Source of the DNA: a virus
Taxonomy: Duplodnaviria; Caudoviricetes
Virus record (IMG/VR): IMGVR_UViG_3300020405_000676
Span: 1-61,861 of that record
DNA length: 61,861 nt
Strand: one strand, 5' to 3'
Part shown: positions 37,599-46,873 of the stretch, in pieces
Position numbering within the stretch: the stretch's first letter is position 1
How the letters are laid out: each line of letters starts with the position of its first letter
The notes under the pieces: model-generated
Databases searched by the model: none
The model's input: the letters and a program-made list of their open reading frames with translations, nothing else
What the model was told of the DNA's origin: nothing
Made by a program: the position numbers and the translations under genes

Positions 37599-38132
37599 TT
37601 ATTCTCCTTCAAACTCCATTATGCATTTTACATCATATCCTTGTTCTTTTATTATAGCACTTCCTCCCAAGTTGGGCAAGTCTATTACTGCAACAATTAA
37701 AATATCTTCTTTAGGAATATTCCAATGTTCATGTATTAAATCGGCACAGGCTAGTGCTGTACCTCCTGTAGCAACCAAGTCATCTACAATAGCAACTTTG
37801 CCTTTTATGGGAGATATTTTTTGGATATGTAATTCTGTTTCGCCGTATTCTAATTTAAAAGATTTACTAACAGTAGGATTAGGTAATTTGCTTGGCTTTC
37901 TTGCTAATATAAAAGGCAAATCAAACTTTGTTGCAATGGGAGTTCCAAATACAAAACCTCTGCTTTCAATACCAACAATACAATCTGCATTAAATTTAGC
38001 AACATGAACACTAAGTTCTGTAATACTTTGTTTAAATGCAGTTGCGTTTTCTGTAATACTTGTAATATCTCTAAACTGTATTCCAGGGATAGGATAATCA
38101 GGTATTGTTCTTACAATATCTTTAAGAATCAT
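37599..38132 (-). CDS. apt: Adenine phosphoribosyltransferase
   Basis: IPDYPIPGIQFRDIT, GIESRGF, ARK..KLP, LEYG, IVDDLVATGGT. Confidence 0.95.
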   Translation of the reverse strand: MILKDIVRTIPDYPIPGIQFRDITSITENATAFKQSITELSVHVAKFNADCIVGIESRGFVFGTPIATKFDLPFILARKPSKLPNPTVSKSFKLEYGETELHIQKISPIKGKVAIVDDLVATGGTALACADLIHEHWNIPKEDILIVAVIDLPNLGGSAIIKEQGYDVKCIMEFEGE

Positions 38133-38868
38133 CTTCCATCTCTGCGTCGTAATCTTCCCAATATTCTGACAAGTCTTCTTCAGATGGATCTTTGTATTCG
38201 TCTCTCCATTTGTCTGTGCTCCAACCTACTGCGGCTTCGTAACTTTTGCCCATTGTGTCGTTCATATCATAGTTGGCTTCTAACCAAACTTTGTCGTATG
38301 CTAAATCCTCTACAAATTCTCCCATGTGCGTTTCGTTTACTGTCATAACAAGTTTCTTTTCATCAAAAGGTTCATCTGTATCCACAAACCAACTTGCAAA
38401 GCCACCTTTTTCCACACTCATAAAAATCATTACAGGCGTACAACCTTCCGGGCTTTCACCATTAGCATCAGTACTAATGTATGCACCTTCTCTGCCTTTG
38501 AGCCAATGTGCTTCTGCACTCACTTCATTTTCCCAATCTCCGCCCCAATCATCTGAGCCGTCAGTTGGTACAGGTGTTACTGTAAATCCACCATCTGCAA
38601 AAGCGGCATTGATATGCTCTTTGTCATCTACTTCATACCAACCAGGTATTTCATTGCCATCTTCAAAAATGTCAGGTGAATCAGAATCTAATCCTACATC
38701 ATCGTCCCATTCTGAAAGTGCTAACACATGGTCAATGAAACCACAACTGTGTGCTCCATCTTCTTCAATTTTAGGTGTCCAATATTGTGCAAAGTCTTCT
38801 GAGACTGTGCCTACAGCACATTCGCCTCCATATCTGCCACCATCTATTCTATATCTATATTTTGCCAT
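38122..38868 (-). CDS. Hypothetical very acidic protein
   Basis: 248 aa, SD AGGAG, D/E- and W-rich. Confidence 0.75.
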   Translation of the reverse strand: MAKYRYRIDGGRYGGECAVGTVSEDFAQYWTPKIEEDGAHSCGFIDHVLALSEWDDDVGLDSDSPDIFEDGNEIPGWYEVDDKEHINAAFADGGFTVTPVPTDGSDDWGGDWENEVSAEAHWLKGREGAYISTDANGESPEGCTPVMIFMSVEKGGFASWFVDTDEPFDEKKLVMTVNETHMGEFVEDLAYDKVWLEANYDMNDTMGKSYEAAVGWSTDKWRDEYKDPSEEDLSEYWEDYDAEMEDDS

Positions 38869-38877
38869 AATTTCCTC

Positions 38878-39381
38878 CTAATCTAGCAAATGCGAAACAT
38901 CGATTTCATTAGGAATCTTGTTTGCTTCTTTTACAAAAAATGCACACTTAGGATTAGGTTTATTCTCTAAAGGTGCAACCAACATGTGTCCGTTTTTTAA
39001 TTTAGGAAAGTACCACTTTACATCTTGATAGATGTTAGTAATTTTTACTTCTTCACATTCTATTAATTTTCTTCCTAAAGGATTTAATGTTGCAGTTAAA
39101 AATCCTCTATTGTTTAAACTTGTCAAAGGTATTACTTCTATTCCACTTAAATCTTCATCTGTTATTGCTATGCTCCAATCCATTGGCATTTGAATTGTTT
39201 TATCACCTATTTTTAAACAAATAGCAGGTGCATAAAAACTCTCCAAGAATATCAATGGCAAAAAGTAATAATCCATAAACTCAGGATCTGTTGTGTCAAA
39301 CACACAAAAACGTATGTCATCTATTACATCAGGCACATGGTCTATTTCATAAACGTCGTTGTCGACTGTTAATATTTTCAT
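38878..39381 (-). CDS. Hypothetical protein coupled to UvsW
   Basis: 167 aa, start overlaps the uvsW stop. Confidence 0.75.
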   Translation of the reverse strand: MKILTVDNDVYEIDHVPDVIDDIRFCVFDTTDPEFMDYYFLPLIFLESFYAPAICLKIGDKTIQMPMDWSIAITDEDLSGIEVIPLTSLNNRGFLTATLNPLGRKLIECEEVKITNIYQDVKWYFPKLKNGHMLVAPLENKPNPKCAFFVKEANKIPNEIDVSHLLD

Positions 39382-40835
39382 TTATACTCCAATTTGGTTA
39401 CTTGAAAAGGAAAACCCTGCTCTTTATAAAATGCTTTTCTTTTTGTCAAGTGTCTTTTACTATATTTTAAATTACTCGTAATGTCAATTACATTCAAATA
39501 GTCTTTGTCCTCGGCTTTACGAATTCCTCTTCCGATACTTTGTATTACACGAACAAAACTTTTACCTGGCTCTAATAAAACCAAATTAAAAATTCTAGGT
39601 ATGTTAATACCAACTGCCGCTACACCATAAGTTGCAACTATAACTTTATTATCCATTTCACTAACTTCTCGGTATTCTTTTTGCCTATCAGCAACTTTCA
39701 TATCTCCACTTATGAATACCCATTCAGGAAACATATCAGATAATATTTCACCTGTTGCAATTCTGTCTATTAATACAAGTGTATTTCCAGAACCGCTTAT
39801 GCTAGTAATAATACTGCTAATTTCTTCGATTCTGTCTTTGTCAGTTACAAGCCATTTTAACTCTTGAGCATAATTGTTAAATCCTAATACGCCGTCTTGC
39901 AACTGAATTATATTGATATCTAAGTTTGCTAGTACACCTTTTTCTTGTAACTCTTTACTACTTAAATTACCAATCACTGGTCCTAAAGAACAAACACAAC
40001 CAACTGCTTCATGTTCATCTTTAGGTATTGTTCCTGTCAAACCCCATCTAACAGGAACATTTCTAAATGGTCCACCTAATAAATTTCTCAGTACATCTGC
40101 TTTTGCTTTGTGTACTTCATCGACCATTATACATACAACCCCATCTAAGAAATCATCTATGGGGAAATCTGCTTCATATTTTTTACTTTTCTTTTCTAGT
40201 ATTGCTAAACTTTGCCATGTGCAAATTGTATGTGTCTTATCATATTCTTTCCTATCTCCGAATAGTACACCAACATCAAGTCCTAAATTTTTATAGTCTT
40301 TTTCTGTTTGTAATACTAAGTCTTTGTTAGGAACAATTACTATTGTTCTACCATACTGTTCACACAAATCGCTTAAGGCGGCTGTTATGAGCGTCTTACC
40401 GGCACCTGTAGCCACCTCCTGCAAACTTTGTGGGTTTTTTAAAAAGTTGTTTATTACGTCAACTTGATAGTCTCTGAGTATAATAGGTTCACCTTCTGCT
40501 GGATGACCTTTGGGCCATGCAATATCATCATATTTGGTTTGTTCTATTTCCTCAAACTCAAATGACCAAACGTTTCTGTTGTCTTGTACTTCAACATCAT
40601 ATCCTGCTTGTTGTACAATAGGAAGTAATCTATCAAGTAGATTCATATATGTTCTACCGCCAACATCGCAGAATCGAACACAACCATCCCATCTACCTAA
40701 CTTGTAAGCAGGCATATGATATGCATACGGTAAAAAGTATTTTACTTCATCGGATATCTTGCGTCTAGTTTTAACGTCAAGTCCAACAAATTTTACATTT
40801 ACTTCATCTCGTATTTCTAAGATACATTTAGCCAT
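39378..40835 (-). CDS. uvsW: SF2 DNA helicase (UvsW-like)
   Basis: LRDYQ, ATGAGKT, DEVH, GLTGT, QSIGRGIR. Confidence 0.92.
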   Translation of the reverse strand: MAKCILEIRDEVNVKFVGLDVKTRRKISDEVKYFLPYAYHMPAYKLGRWDGCVRFCDVGGRTYMNLLDRLLPIVQQAGYDVEVQDNRNVWSFEFEEIEQTKYDDIAWPKGHPAEGEPIILRDYQVDVINNFLKNPQSLQEVATGAGKTLITAALSDLCEQYGRTIVIVPNKDLVLQTEKDYKNLGLDVGVLFGDRKEYDKTHTICTWQSLAILEKKSKKYEADFPIDDFLDGVVCIMVDEVHKAKADVLRNLLGGPFRNVPVRWGLTGTIPKDEHEAVGCVCSLGPVIGNLSSKELQEKGVLANLDINIIQLQDGVLGFNNYAQELKWLVTDKDRIEEISSIITSISGSGNTLVLIDRIATGEILSDMFPEWVFISGDMKVADRQKEYREVSEMDNKVIVATYGVAAVGINIPRIFNLVLLEPGKSFVRVIQSIGRGIRKAEDKDYLNVIDITSNLKYSKRHLTKRKAFYKEQGFPFQVTKLEYK

Positions 40836-40840
40836 ATGTA

Positions 40841-40870
40841 ATTATACTACCACTTCCTTTGCATTGTCAA
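40841..40870 (-). promoter_or_regulatory. Sigma70-type promoter for uvsW, overlapping the TonB receptor 3' end
   Basis: TTGACA-N18-TATAAT, 5 nt before the ATG. Confidence 0.6.
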
Positions 40871-42592
40871 CATAAATTGTCTGCCACGGTTATTATAACC
40901 AGGAAGAACTTCAACTTCTTCATCTAGCATATTATCGATACTTAAAGCCAAGTCTACATCATTAGCAAAAGTCTTAATATATCTAAAAGATAAATTATGT
41001 AAATCTTCTAATTCATCACCATCATAAGGACCTGGTTTTCTATTAAACTGTCCTCTAAATGTAATATCAAATTCGTGACTACCAAAAGATTGATTCCAGC
41101 CAAGTACACCCATGTACTTAGGAACTCTTGCTTGGTCTGTATCAGTAACAGCAAGTGCAACTTTAAATGCTCCAAATTCTTGTGCATATCTTAAGCCTTG
41201 TGTTTCGTATGCACCTGTATTGTAATACTTAGGAGCATTCCAAACTTGCTCTGTTGTTGTAATAACTGTAGTCTCTCCTGTTTCAGGATCAGTTACAGTT
41301 TCAGATGTAGTAACATCTTCATAAAAACCAGGTGTGTATTCTATTGCTTGTTCAAATTCATATCTAAACAAACTTAATACACCAAATCCAATTTCATAAC
41401 CAATTGCTTCTTCAGGTAATAAATCTGCATTAGCACTTACATAGCCGTCGCCATTTAATTCATACAATGTAGGTCTTCTATAACTATTACCAACATTTAA
41501 AAAGAATGGTCCACGTTCTAACCCGAATCTCAATGCATTCTGGTCTTCATTACCAACTCTAAAACCAAAGTTATATTTCATGGCAAAGTCGGCATTTATG
41601 TTTAAGTAAGCACCATAATTATCTCTATCATAATCATCTGTGAGTGTTTTATACTGTTCATGACTTGCATCAACACCATAACCTACTTGCAGTTTGTTAG
41701 ATAGGTCCACTTGGTCTCCTACTCTCAAATAGTCTGTGCTACTTTCATTGTAATATGATAACCAATCACCTGTTGTGTAATTTGCTTTATCATGTGTTCT
41801 ACCTAGTGTAAAATATTCATTATTTACTGCAAAGTTATATTTTTCACCATCTTGTTTACAATCATTTGATGCTTCAAAATTAGAATCATAACAGTTATCA
41901 TAATCATATCTATAATCAGTATAATCTGCTGTTATAGTAAAGTCTTGGACATCAATATTAAATTTTGCATTCTTATTTGAATACAAATCTTTTTCCACAT
42001 TGTCATTTCTAACACTATCTTGATTAGTTTCCATTGCAGTATATTGAAACCAATTTGTTGGTGCTATACTAACAAAGCGGTGTGACTGCGTTCCAAATCT
42101 AGCAGTTACGCCTTGTTCAATATTATCTTTAATCAAAATTGTGCCAGCAATACTACCGCTACCATATACAACACTATTGGCACCTGAGATAACTTTAACC
42201 TTTTGCCCAGTTGCTAAATCTGTTCCAAAGTCATACCAAGCACTACCAGGTAAATTTGCTGGTATCCCATTTTTGTAAACTGCCGTGTGTACTGTTTGAG
42301 CACCACGTTCATTGTATCCTTGAAAAGCACCATCACCACCTGCTGTCCAAGTGTGTGCTGGAAGTAATACTCTTATAAAGGATGATTCTTTTAGTGGGTC
42401 TGCTTTCACAGTTTTTACTTGTTGTGCCACTACCACAACTTCTTCTATTTCTTCTGCCTTTGCTTGTGGGCTCAAACATACTGCTATTGCAAATATAATT
42501 GACCATGCAAACATGGCATACATAGGAGAGAAATTTAAATGAAAATTCCTTTTCCACTCTCTCTCCTGACGTTCCTTATCTATGATATTCAT
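40847..42592 (-). CDS. TonB-dependent outer-membrane receptor (compact, BtuB-like architecture)
   Basis: Signal peptide ending AKA, TonB-box-like EEVVVVA, plug motifs ERG/NGIP/SVVYGSGSIAGTI, YRRPTLYEL, DNMLD...GR, terminal W. Confidence 0.88.
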   Translation of the reverse strand: MNIIDKERQEREWKRNFHLNFSPMYAMFAWSIIFAIAVCLSPQAKAEEIEEVVVVAQQVKTVKADPLKESSFIRVLLPAHTWTAGGDGAFQGYNERGAQTVHTAVYKNGIPANLPGSAWYDFGTDLATGQKVKVISGANSVVYGSGSIAGTILIKDNIEQGVTARFGTQSHRFVSIAPTNWFQYTAMETNQDSVRNDNVEKDLYSNKNAKFNIDVQDFTITADYTDYRYDYDNCYDSNFEASNDCKQDGEKYNFAVNNEYFTLGRTHDKANYTTGDWLSYYNESSTDYLRVGDQVDLSNKLQVGYGVDASHEQYKTLTDDYDRDNYGAYLNINADFAMKYNFGFRVGNEDQNALRFGLERGPFFLNVGNSYRRPTLYELNGDGYVSANADLLPEEAIGYEIGFGVLSLFRYEFEQAIEYTPGFYEDVTTSETVTDPETGETTVITTTEQVWNAPKYYNTGAYETQGLRYAQEFGAFKVALAVTDTDQARVPKYMGVLGWNQSFGSHEFDITFRGQFNRKPGPYDGDELEDLHNLSFRYIKTFANDVDLALSIDNMLDEEVEVLPGYNNRGRQFMLTMQRKW

Positions 42593-42621
42593 AAATTCTC
42601 CAGGTTATAAGTTCTATTATA

Positions 42622-42649
42622 ATTATACGTCTTATACAGGAAAAGTCAA
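42622..42649 (-). promoter_or_regulatory. Sigma70-type promoter for the TonB receptor
   Basis: TTGACT-N16-TATAAT, then SD GGAG. Confidence 0.7.
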
Positions 42650-42668
42650 GTGAAATATCAAATAAAGT

Positions 42669-42693
42669 GAAGCCCGGAAGAAATCCGGGCTTC
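42669..42693 (-). terminator. Terminator-like hairpin
   Basis: GAAGCCCGGA-N5-TCCGGGCTTC 10-bp stem; U tract weak. Confidence 0.7.
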
Positions 42694-42694
42694 T

Positions 42695-42746
42695 TGGTGC
42701 TCTGTGTGGGGGATGACTAACGTTTGAGCACCAGGGAATCGTTAGC
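42695..42746 (-). ncRNA. Putative H-type pseudoknot in the 3' UTR of the ATPase gene
   Basis: GCUAACG/CGUUAGU and UGGUGCUC/GAGCACCA pair in crossed order. Confidence 0.5.
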
Positions 42747-42759
42747 AGTATTACTTATT

Positions 42760-43794
42760 TTAAATGACTCCTTTCATACAAGTAGTTCTGGCTAAAGCCT
42801 GCCAATTGTTTGGCTCCATTTTCCTAAGGTCGGAAATCTTAAGAACCATCCTTAAAGATATCTCTCTAAGTTTGTCAGTGTTCTCAATCATGAAGTCAAT
42901 AATTTCTTTATCGCCTTCTTCACCGAACTTGTATTCTTCAAGCATACCGTCTCTAACAATTTGCTTGATTCTAAGGAACTTATCTCTAGCAGAGTTCATT
43001 GTAAGATCCAAGTAATGACATCTTGACATAAGTGCTGACAAGTGGTCTTTTATCTTCTTAGAACGGACGTTTTCAAAATCAACGTTAGTAATAAAGATAC
43101 AACCACCTTTGAACTCAAACCTATCAGGTATTCCTTCTCTACGAAGTGCATTAGATTCTGACTTCCAAGTAATGTAACGTTTCTTACCCGAGTCAAGTGT
43201 AGCCTTAAGCATGTTCAAACATACTTCATCAAACAGTACACTATCACAGTCATCAAATACTAATATGTTACCTTTTTCTGAATTGTTGAAAAGTGTCTGG
43301 AACAAACCAATTGGCGTAACAGAACCTTTTACAACTTCAGTTCTTGCAGGTTTGCCAGCAACTTCTGTAAGCATGTCGTAATCTTCTAATACAGATTCAA
43401 CACCAAAAGACTTACCAACTCCTGGAGGGCCACTTACAATCATACCTCTAACAGTACCTTCTGCAACTGCATGAGTCATTCTGTCCAAAATATCAAACCT
43501 TTCACGAATACGTTCAATGGCTTGCTCATCGGACTCTTCCTTCTGCTCTGCAGGGGTATTGTCGATTTTAGGTTGCTCGGCATATATAGCCGGAGTTACA
43601 TATTCAAGGTCCTGTGTAGGATCTTCTATAAGTACTCGGATTTTGCTGAACTGGTCTCCAAGGACTTCAGTACCATCTACAGTAATGAAAGCACCTTTCT
43701 TACCAATGTTTAAAGGCTTAACAATAGGAAAAACCATGTTATCAACAGTATTCTTCCTGTATGTGCCTTGTTTAATTTTTACAAAGTTAGTCAT
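42760..43794 (-). CDS. Phage P-loop (AAA-like) NTPase
   Basis: GPPGVGKS, LVFDDCD, IFITN, SR; start moved to ATG 43794 with SD GGGAG. Confidence 0.85.
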   Translation of the reverse strand: MTNFVKIKQGTYRKNTVDNMVFPIVKPLNIGKKGAFITVDGTEVLGDQFSKIRVLIEDPTQDLEYVTPAIYAEQPKIDNTPAEQKEESDEQAIERIRERFDILDRMTHAVAEGTVRGMIVSGPPGVGKSFGVESVLEDYDMLTEVAGKPARTEVVKGSVTPIGLFQTLFNNSEKGNILVFDDCDSVLFDEVCLNMLKATLDSGKKRYITWKSESNALRREGIPDRFEFKGGCIFITNVDFENVRSKKIKDHLSALMSRCHYLDLTMNSARDKFLRIKQIVRDGMLEEYKFGEEGDKEIIDFMIENTDKLREISLRMVLKISDLRKMEPNNWQALARTTCMKGVI

Positions 43795-43827
43795 CTTTAC
43801 TCCCGTTTTGTTTAACTTATACATACT

Positions 43828-43855
43828 ATTATACTTCTTTTACGGGTGAAGTCAA
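43828..43855 (-). promoter_or_regulatory. Sigma70-type promoter
   Basis: TTGACT-N16-TATAAT. Confidence 0.7.
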
Positions 43856-43884
43856 CCTTTTTACCAAAAAAAGTGGCAAAAAAG

Positions 43885-44424
43885 TTAATCTTTTTTGATG
43901 TTTAGCATGAAAAAGCAGGTTTGTAAGCATTTTGCCTGCCATTTTGCATCGTCTACAGCACTATGTAGGTCTTCTTGTACGCCTTTTCTAGGGTCAACTT
44001 CCATCATGCTGAATACAGTTCTGCTATCTCTGATTTGCCAATATGCCCAATTTGTGTGGGTATTGTGCATTTTGTATAGATTCTCAATAATGACCATATC
44101 AAATTGTGGGCCTTGACACCATATTTCGTCACAGCCTACAAGCCATTTATTAAGAGATTTTGTGAATTCTGTTATATTAGTTCTATCTTCATCTGAAAAT
44201 GCTTTGTCTCTAATATGTGGTGGTTGCTTTGCCCACCATTGTAAAGTACCATTGTCAACATCGCGATTCATTGCAGTTTGCTCGTCAATGTCTAATTTAA
44301 AATCTAAAAAACTATGCGGTTCTTCGTTTGTGTAAGGATTAAACTTTACGCCACCCACACTGAGTATTACTGCTTCTGGCGTAGTTGCCAAAGTTTCAAT
44401 ATCTATCATTGCATGGGTGGGCAT
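43885..44424 (-). CDS. DEDDh 3'-5' exonuclease (DexA/DUF5051-like)
   Basis: MIDIETL, TLQWW, FD, RD, HSAVDDA. Confidence 0.88.
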   Translation of the reverse strand: MPTHAMIDIETLATTPEAVILSVGGVKFNPYTNEEPHSFLDFKLDIDEQTAMNRDVDNGTLQWWAKQPPHIRDKAFSDEDRTNITEFTKSLNKWLVGCDEIWCQGPQFDMVIIENLYKMHNTHTNWAYWQIRDSRTVFSMMEVDPRKGVQEDLHSAVDDAKWQAKCLQTCFFMLNIKKD

Positions 44425-44426
44425 AA

Positions 44427-44609
44427 TTATTTTGTTCCTTGTAGTTTGTATTGTCCAAACAATTTGCTAAAAAGAATAGATGCTTCGTCATCAGTAAGTT
44501 GTGGCTCACTCCAAGCGGATCTTTCCTCAATATTCATTTGACGCCATTTAGTGTAATTAGTATCAAAAGATTCTTTGCTATCGTATTGGAATTGAAATTG
44601 GTCACTCAT
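44427..44609 (-). CDS. Hypothetical small protein
   Basis: 60 aa with SD AGGAG. Confidence 0.7.
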   Translation of the reverse strand: MSDQFQFQYDSKESFDTNYTKWRQMNIEERSAWSEPQLTDDEASILFSKLFGQYKLQGTK

Positions 44610-44657
44610 ATTTACTCCTAAAATTTATAATGTAATTATTTTACTAAAAATTGGATA

Positions 44658-45068
44658 CTATGTCAACCTTTTAAAAAACTCTTCAAATAAAGAATTTTCT
44701 AATCCATATGCTTCTTCTTCCCACGGAAGTTTATTGTAAGGTAAATTTTTAATTAATTCTTCTTGTAACTTGAATTCAAATTGCTTATTGATTAATTGTT
44801 TTGCATGAACTAATTCATGTGTTAAATTAAGTAAAAACTCTTCTCTGGTATATGTGTAATCGTTGCTTTTTCTTGCTAGTTCAATTTCTATGTGTTCTGA
44901 ATCTCCCCAACAATACCCTGCTAAATTTTCATCTACTTTTGTTAAAATTTCTATATTTACATCAACTGTAGCATTACAGTTTGGGCAAAGTGTATTAAGT
45001 AAAGATTCTGATGATAAAATGACATCTTGTTTTTTAGCAAGTCTGCCATTTATAAAAACATGTATCAT
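44658..45068 (-). CDS. HEXXH zinc-metallopeptidase-like protein
   Basis: HELVHAKQ...PWEEEAY. Confidence 0.7.
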   Translation of the reverse strand: MIHVFINGRLAKKQDVILSSESLLNTLCPNCNATVDVNIEILTKVDENLAGYCWGDSEHIEIELARKSNDYTYTREEFLLNLTHELVHAKQLINKQFEFKLQEELIKNLPYNKLPWEEEAYGLENSLFEEFFKRLT

Positions 45069-45530
45069 TTAGCCAATAACGATATCTTCCATGCCTGCAG
45101 TTCTTAGTCTAGTAATATGACCTATCTGCCATTGCTTGGTATCGAGACCTTTCATTATTCCTAAATACTTATTACGCAACAATGCATATTGGTTGCAAAG
45201 GTGTGTTAGGTCTATAACACTATCTTCACTATCAACAAACTTTTCAGCATCTCTACTGCTCAATGCTCTATTGTAATTTTCTAAGTATTTACGAAATGTT
45301 TTAGAACGTTCTTTGCGAAGTTCTATATTTAAGTGTTCTAGTATTGCTTCAATTTCCTGAAGTTGATTAAAACGATGTTCTGTAATGCCAGGTAAGGCAG
45401 AACTAGATTTCTCTAGACTGCCTTTAATACTGCATTCGTATTTGGCTTCTTCTAATTCTTTTTCGTAGTATTCAATTGAGTCAACAATTTTGCCTAAATC
45501 TGCTACTACTGAATTATACCAACCTGCCAT
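45069..45530 (-). CDS. uvsY: Recombination mediator UvsY-like
   Basis: Helical ~150-aa protein downstream of uvsX; KQWQIGHITRLR C-terminus. Confidence 0.75.
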   Translation of the reverse strand: MAGWYNSVVADLGKIVDSIEYYEKELEEAKYECSIKGSLEKSSSALPGITEHRFNQLQEIEAILEHLNIELRKERSKTFRKYLENYNRALSSRDAEKFVDSEDSVIDLTHLCNQYALLRNKYLGIMKGLDTKQWQIGHITRLRTAGMEDIVIG

Positions 45531-45533
45531 AAC

Positions 45534-45764
45534 TTAGTTCCACTCGTCTTCGTCTTCATCGTAATCATCTACACCATAATGACTTGCTACTGCTGTTTTA
45601 AGAGCAGTATCAAAAGTGTCAATATCTTCTTGTAGATTACCCATGTCGGCTTCTTCATCAAATACTCTGACTAGATGTTCTGCCGCTTCTATACGATCCT
45701 TCTTTGGAACATAATGTTTCATACTGTCCCAAACACTTACAAGTAATAAAATATCAGGATTCAT
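45534..45764 (-). CDS. Hypothetical protein
   Basis: 76 aa between uvsX and uvsY. Confidence 0.75.
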   Translation of the reverse strand: MNPDILLLVSVWDSMKHYVPKKDRIEAAEHLVRVFDEEADMGNLQEDIDTFDTALKTAVASHYGVDDYDEDEDEWN

Positions 45765-46863
45765 CGATTAAGTCCTCTTCATTAAAATTGTCAAGTTCAC
45801 CGACATCAATGTCGTCTTCGGCATCATTATCCTTTTTAGGATTTTGTCCGAACTCTTGCATAATTATTTCAAGTTTATCGCCAGTCCATCCTTTTCTGAA
45901 CTCTTTTATTTCTTCACCTGTAATAGGCGAGACATAAGATAGTTTATTACCAACTTTCTCTAAGATACCTTTTGCTTCTAGCATTTCTACCATACCACTG
46001 TATGGGTCCATTCCAGTTTCATAAGGTATTTTAACTTGTACACTTTCAAAAGGTTTGCTGTAACGTGTTTTCATAACTTTACAAGCGGCACGAATTCCTT
46101 GTACCGTTGATACTTTATTACCGTCAGCATCTTCTTTAAGTTTAAGTTTTTTCATTGCAATAACAATACTACTTGCATATATAAAACCTTGTCCGCCTGA
46201 TATCTTATCATCAGGGTCAAACATGTCTTGTGATGCATAAGTATGGTTAGTTGCTATTAGACCAATTGGATGTGGTGCCAATGAATTTACTGTATTTCTA
46301 ACTAGGGCCGTTAATGCCTTTGGCTTTCTACCCATATCACCTTTCATATCACCTTTTTGGAATTGGTCAACATCTGTAGGTGTTAATAACATACCCAAAC
46401 TGTCAATTACAAATAACATTTTAGGTTGTTCTTCATATGGTAAATCACCATAGTTAGATTTATAGTCTTTTACAAAATCACTGATTGTTTTAGCAACGTC
46501 ATCAATCATGCTAACACTAATTTTGAGAAGTTTCTCAGGATTAGTATCAACATCTAATGCTTGTAGCCATTCTTCATCCAGTGCGTTTTCGCTATCAAAT
46601 AATACTACTTGACAGCCTTGATCCTGTGCGTTTTTCACAAGGTTACCAGAACAAATAAAACTTTTGCCCGAACCGGATTCTCCTGCAAATACACTCACCT
46701 TACCAAGGGGAACTCCTTTTTTGAAGTCCCCACTTATAAGATAATTTAAAGTGTAGTTACCAGTCGATACCCAATCCTGAGGGTCATGAAAGCCAGCACT
46801 AATACCGCTGATGCTTTTAGTCAAACCCGTTCTGAATTTGTTTAAGTCAAATGGTTTCTGCAT
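45754..46863 (-). CDS. uvsX: RecA-like recombinase
   Basis: GESGSGKS, DSENALD, VIDSLG, SGG, KTR. Confidence 0.93.
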   Translation of the reverse strand: MQKPFDLNKFRTGLTKSISGISAGFHDPQDWVSTGNYTLNYLISGDFKKGVPLGKVSVFAGESGSGKSFICSGNLVKNAQDQGCQVVLFDSENALDEEWLQALDVDTNPEKLLKISVSMIDDVAKTISDFVKDYKSNYGDLPYEEQPKMLFVIDSLGMLLTPTDVDQFQKGDMKGDMGRKPKALTALVRNTVNSLAPHPIGLIATNHTYASQDMFDPDDKISGGQGFIYASSIVIAMKKLKLKEDADGNKVSTVQGIRAACKVMKTRYSKPFESVQVKIPYETGMDPYSGMVEMLEAKGILEKVGNKLSYVSPITGEEIKEFRKGWTGDKLEIIMQEFGQNPKKDNDAEDDIDVGELDNFNEEDLIDES

Positions 46864-46873
46864 GTTAGTCTCC

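Noticed and set aside
42593-42759. Cobalamin riboswitch upstream of the TonB receptor
   Set aside because: No recognisable B12-box; region too short, and the receptor promoter lies downstream of the structured element
42747-42768. Stop read-through or -1 frameshift stimulated by the downstream pseudoknot
   Set aside because: Another in-frame TAA follows three codons later, and the TTTAAAA run is not in X-XXY-YYZ register
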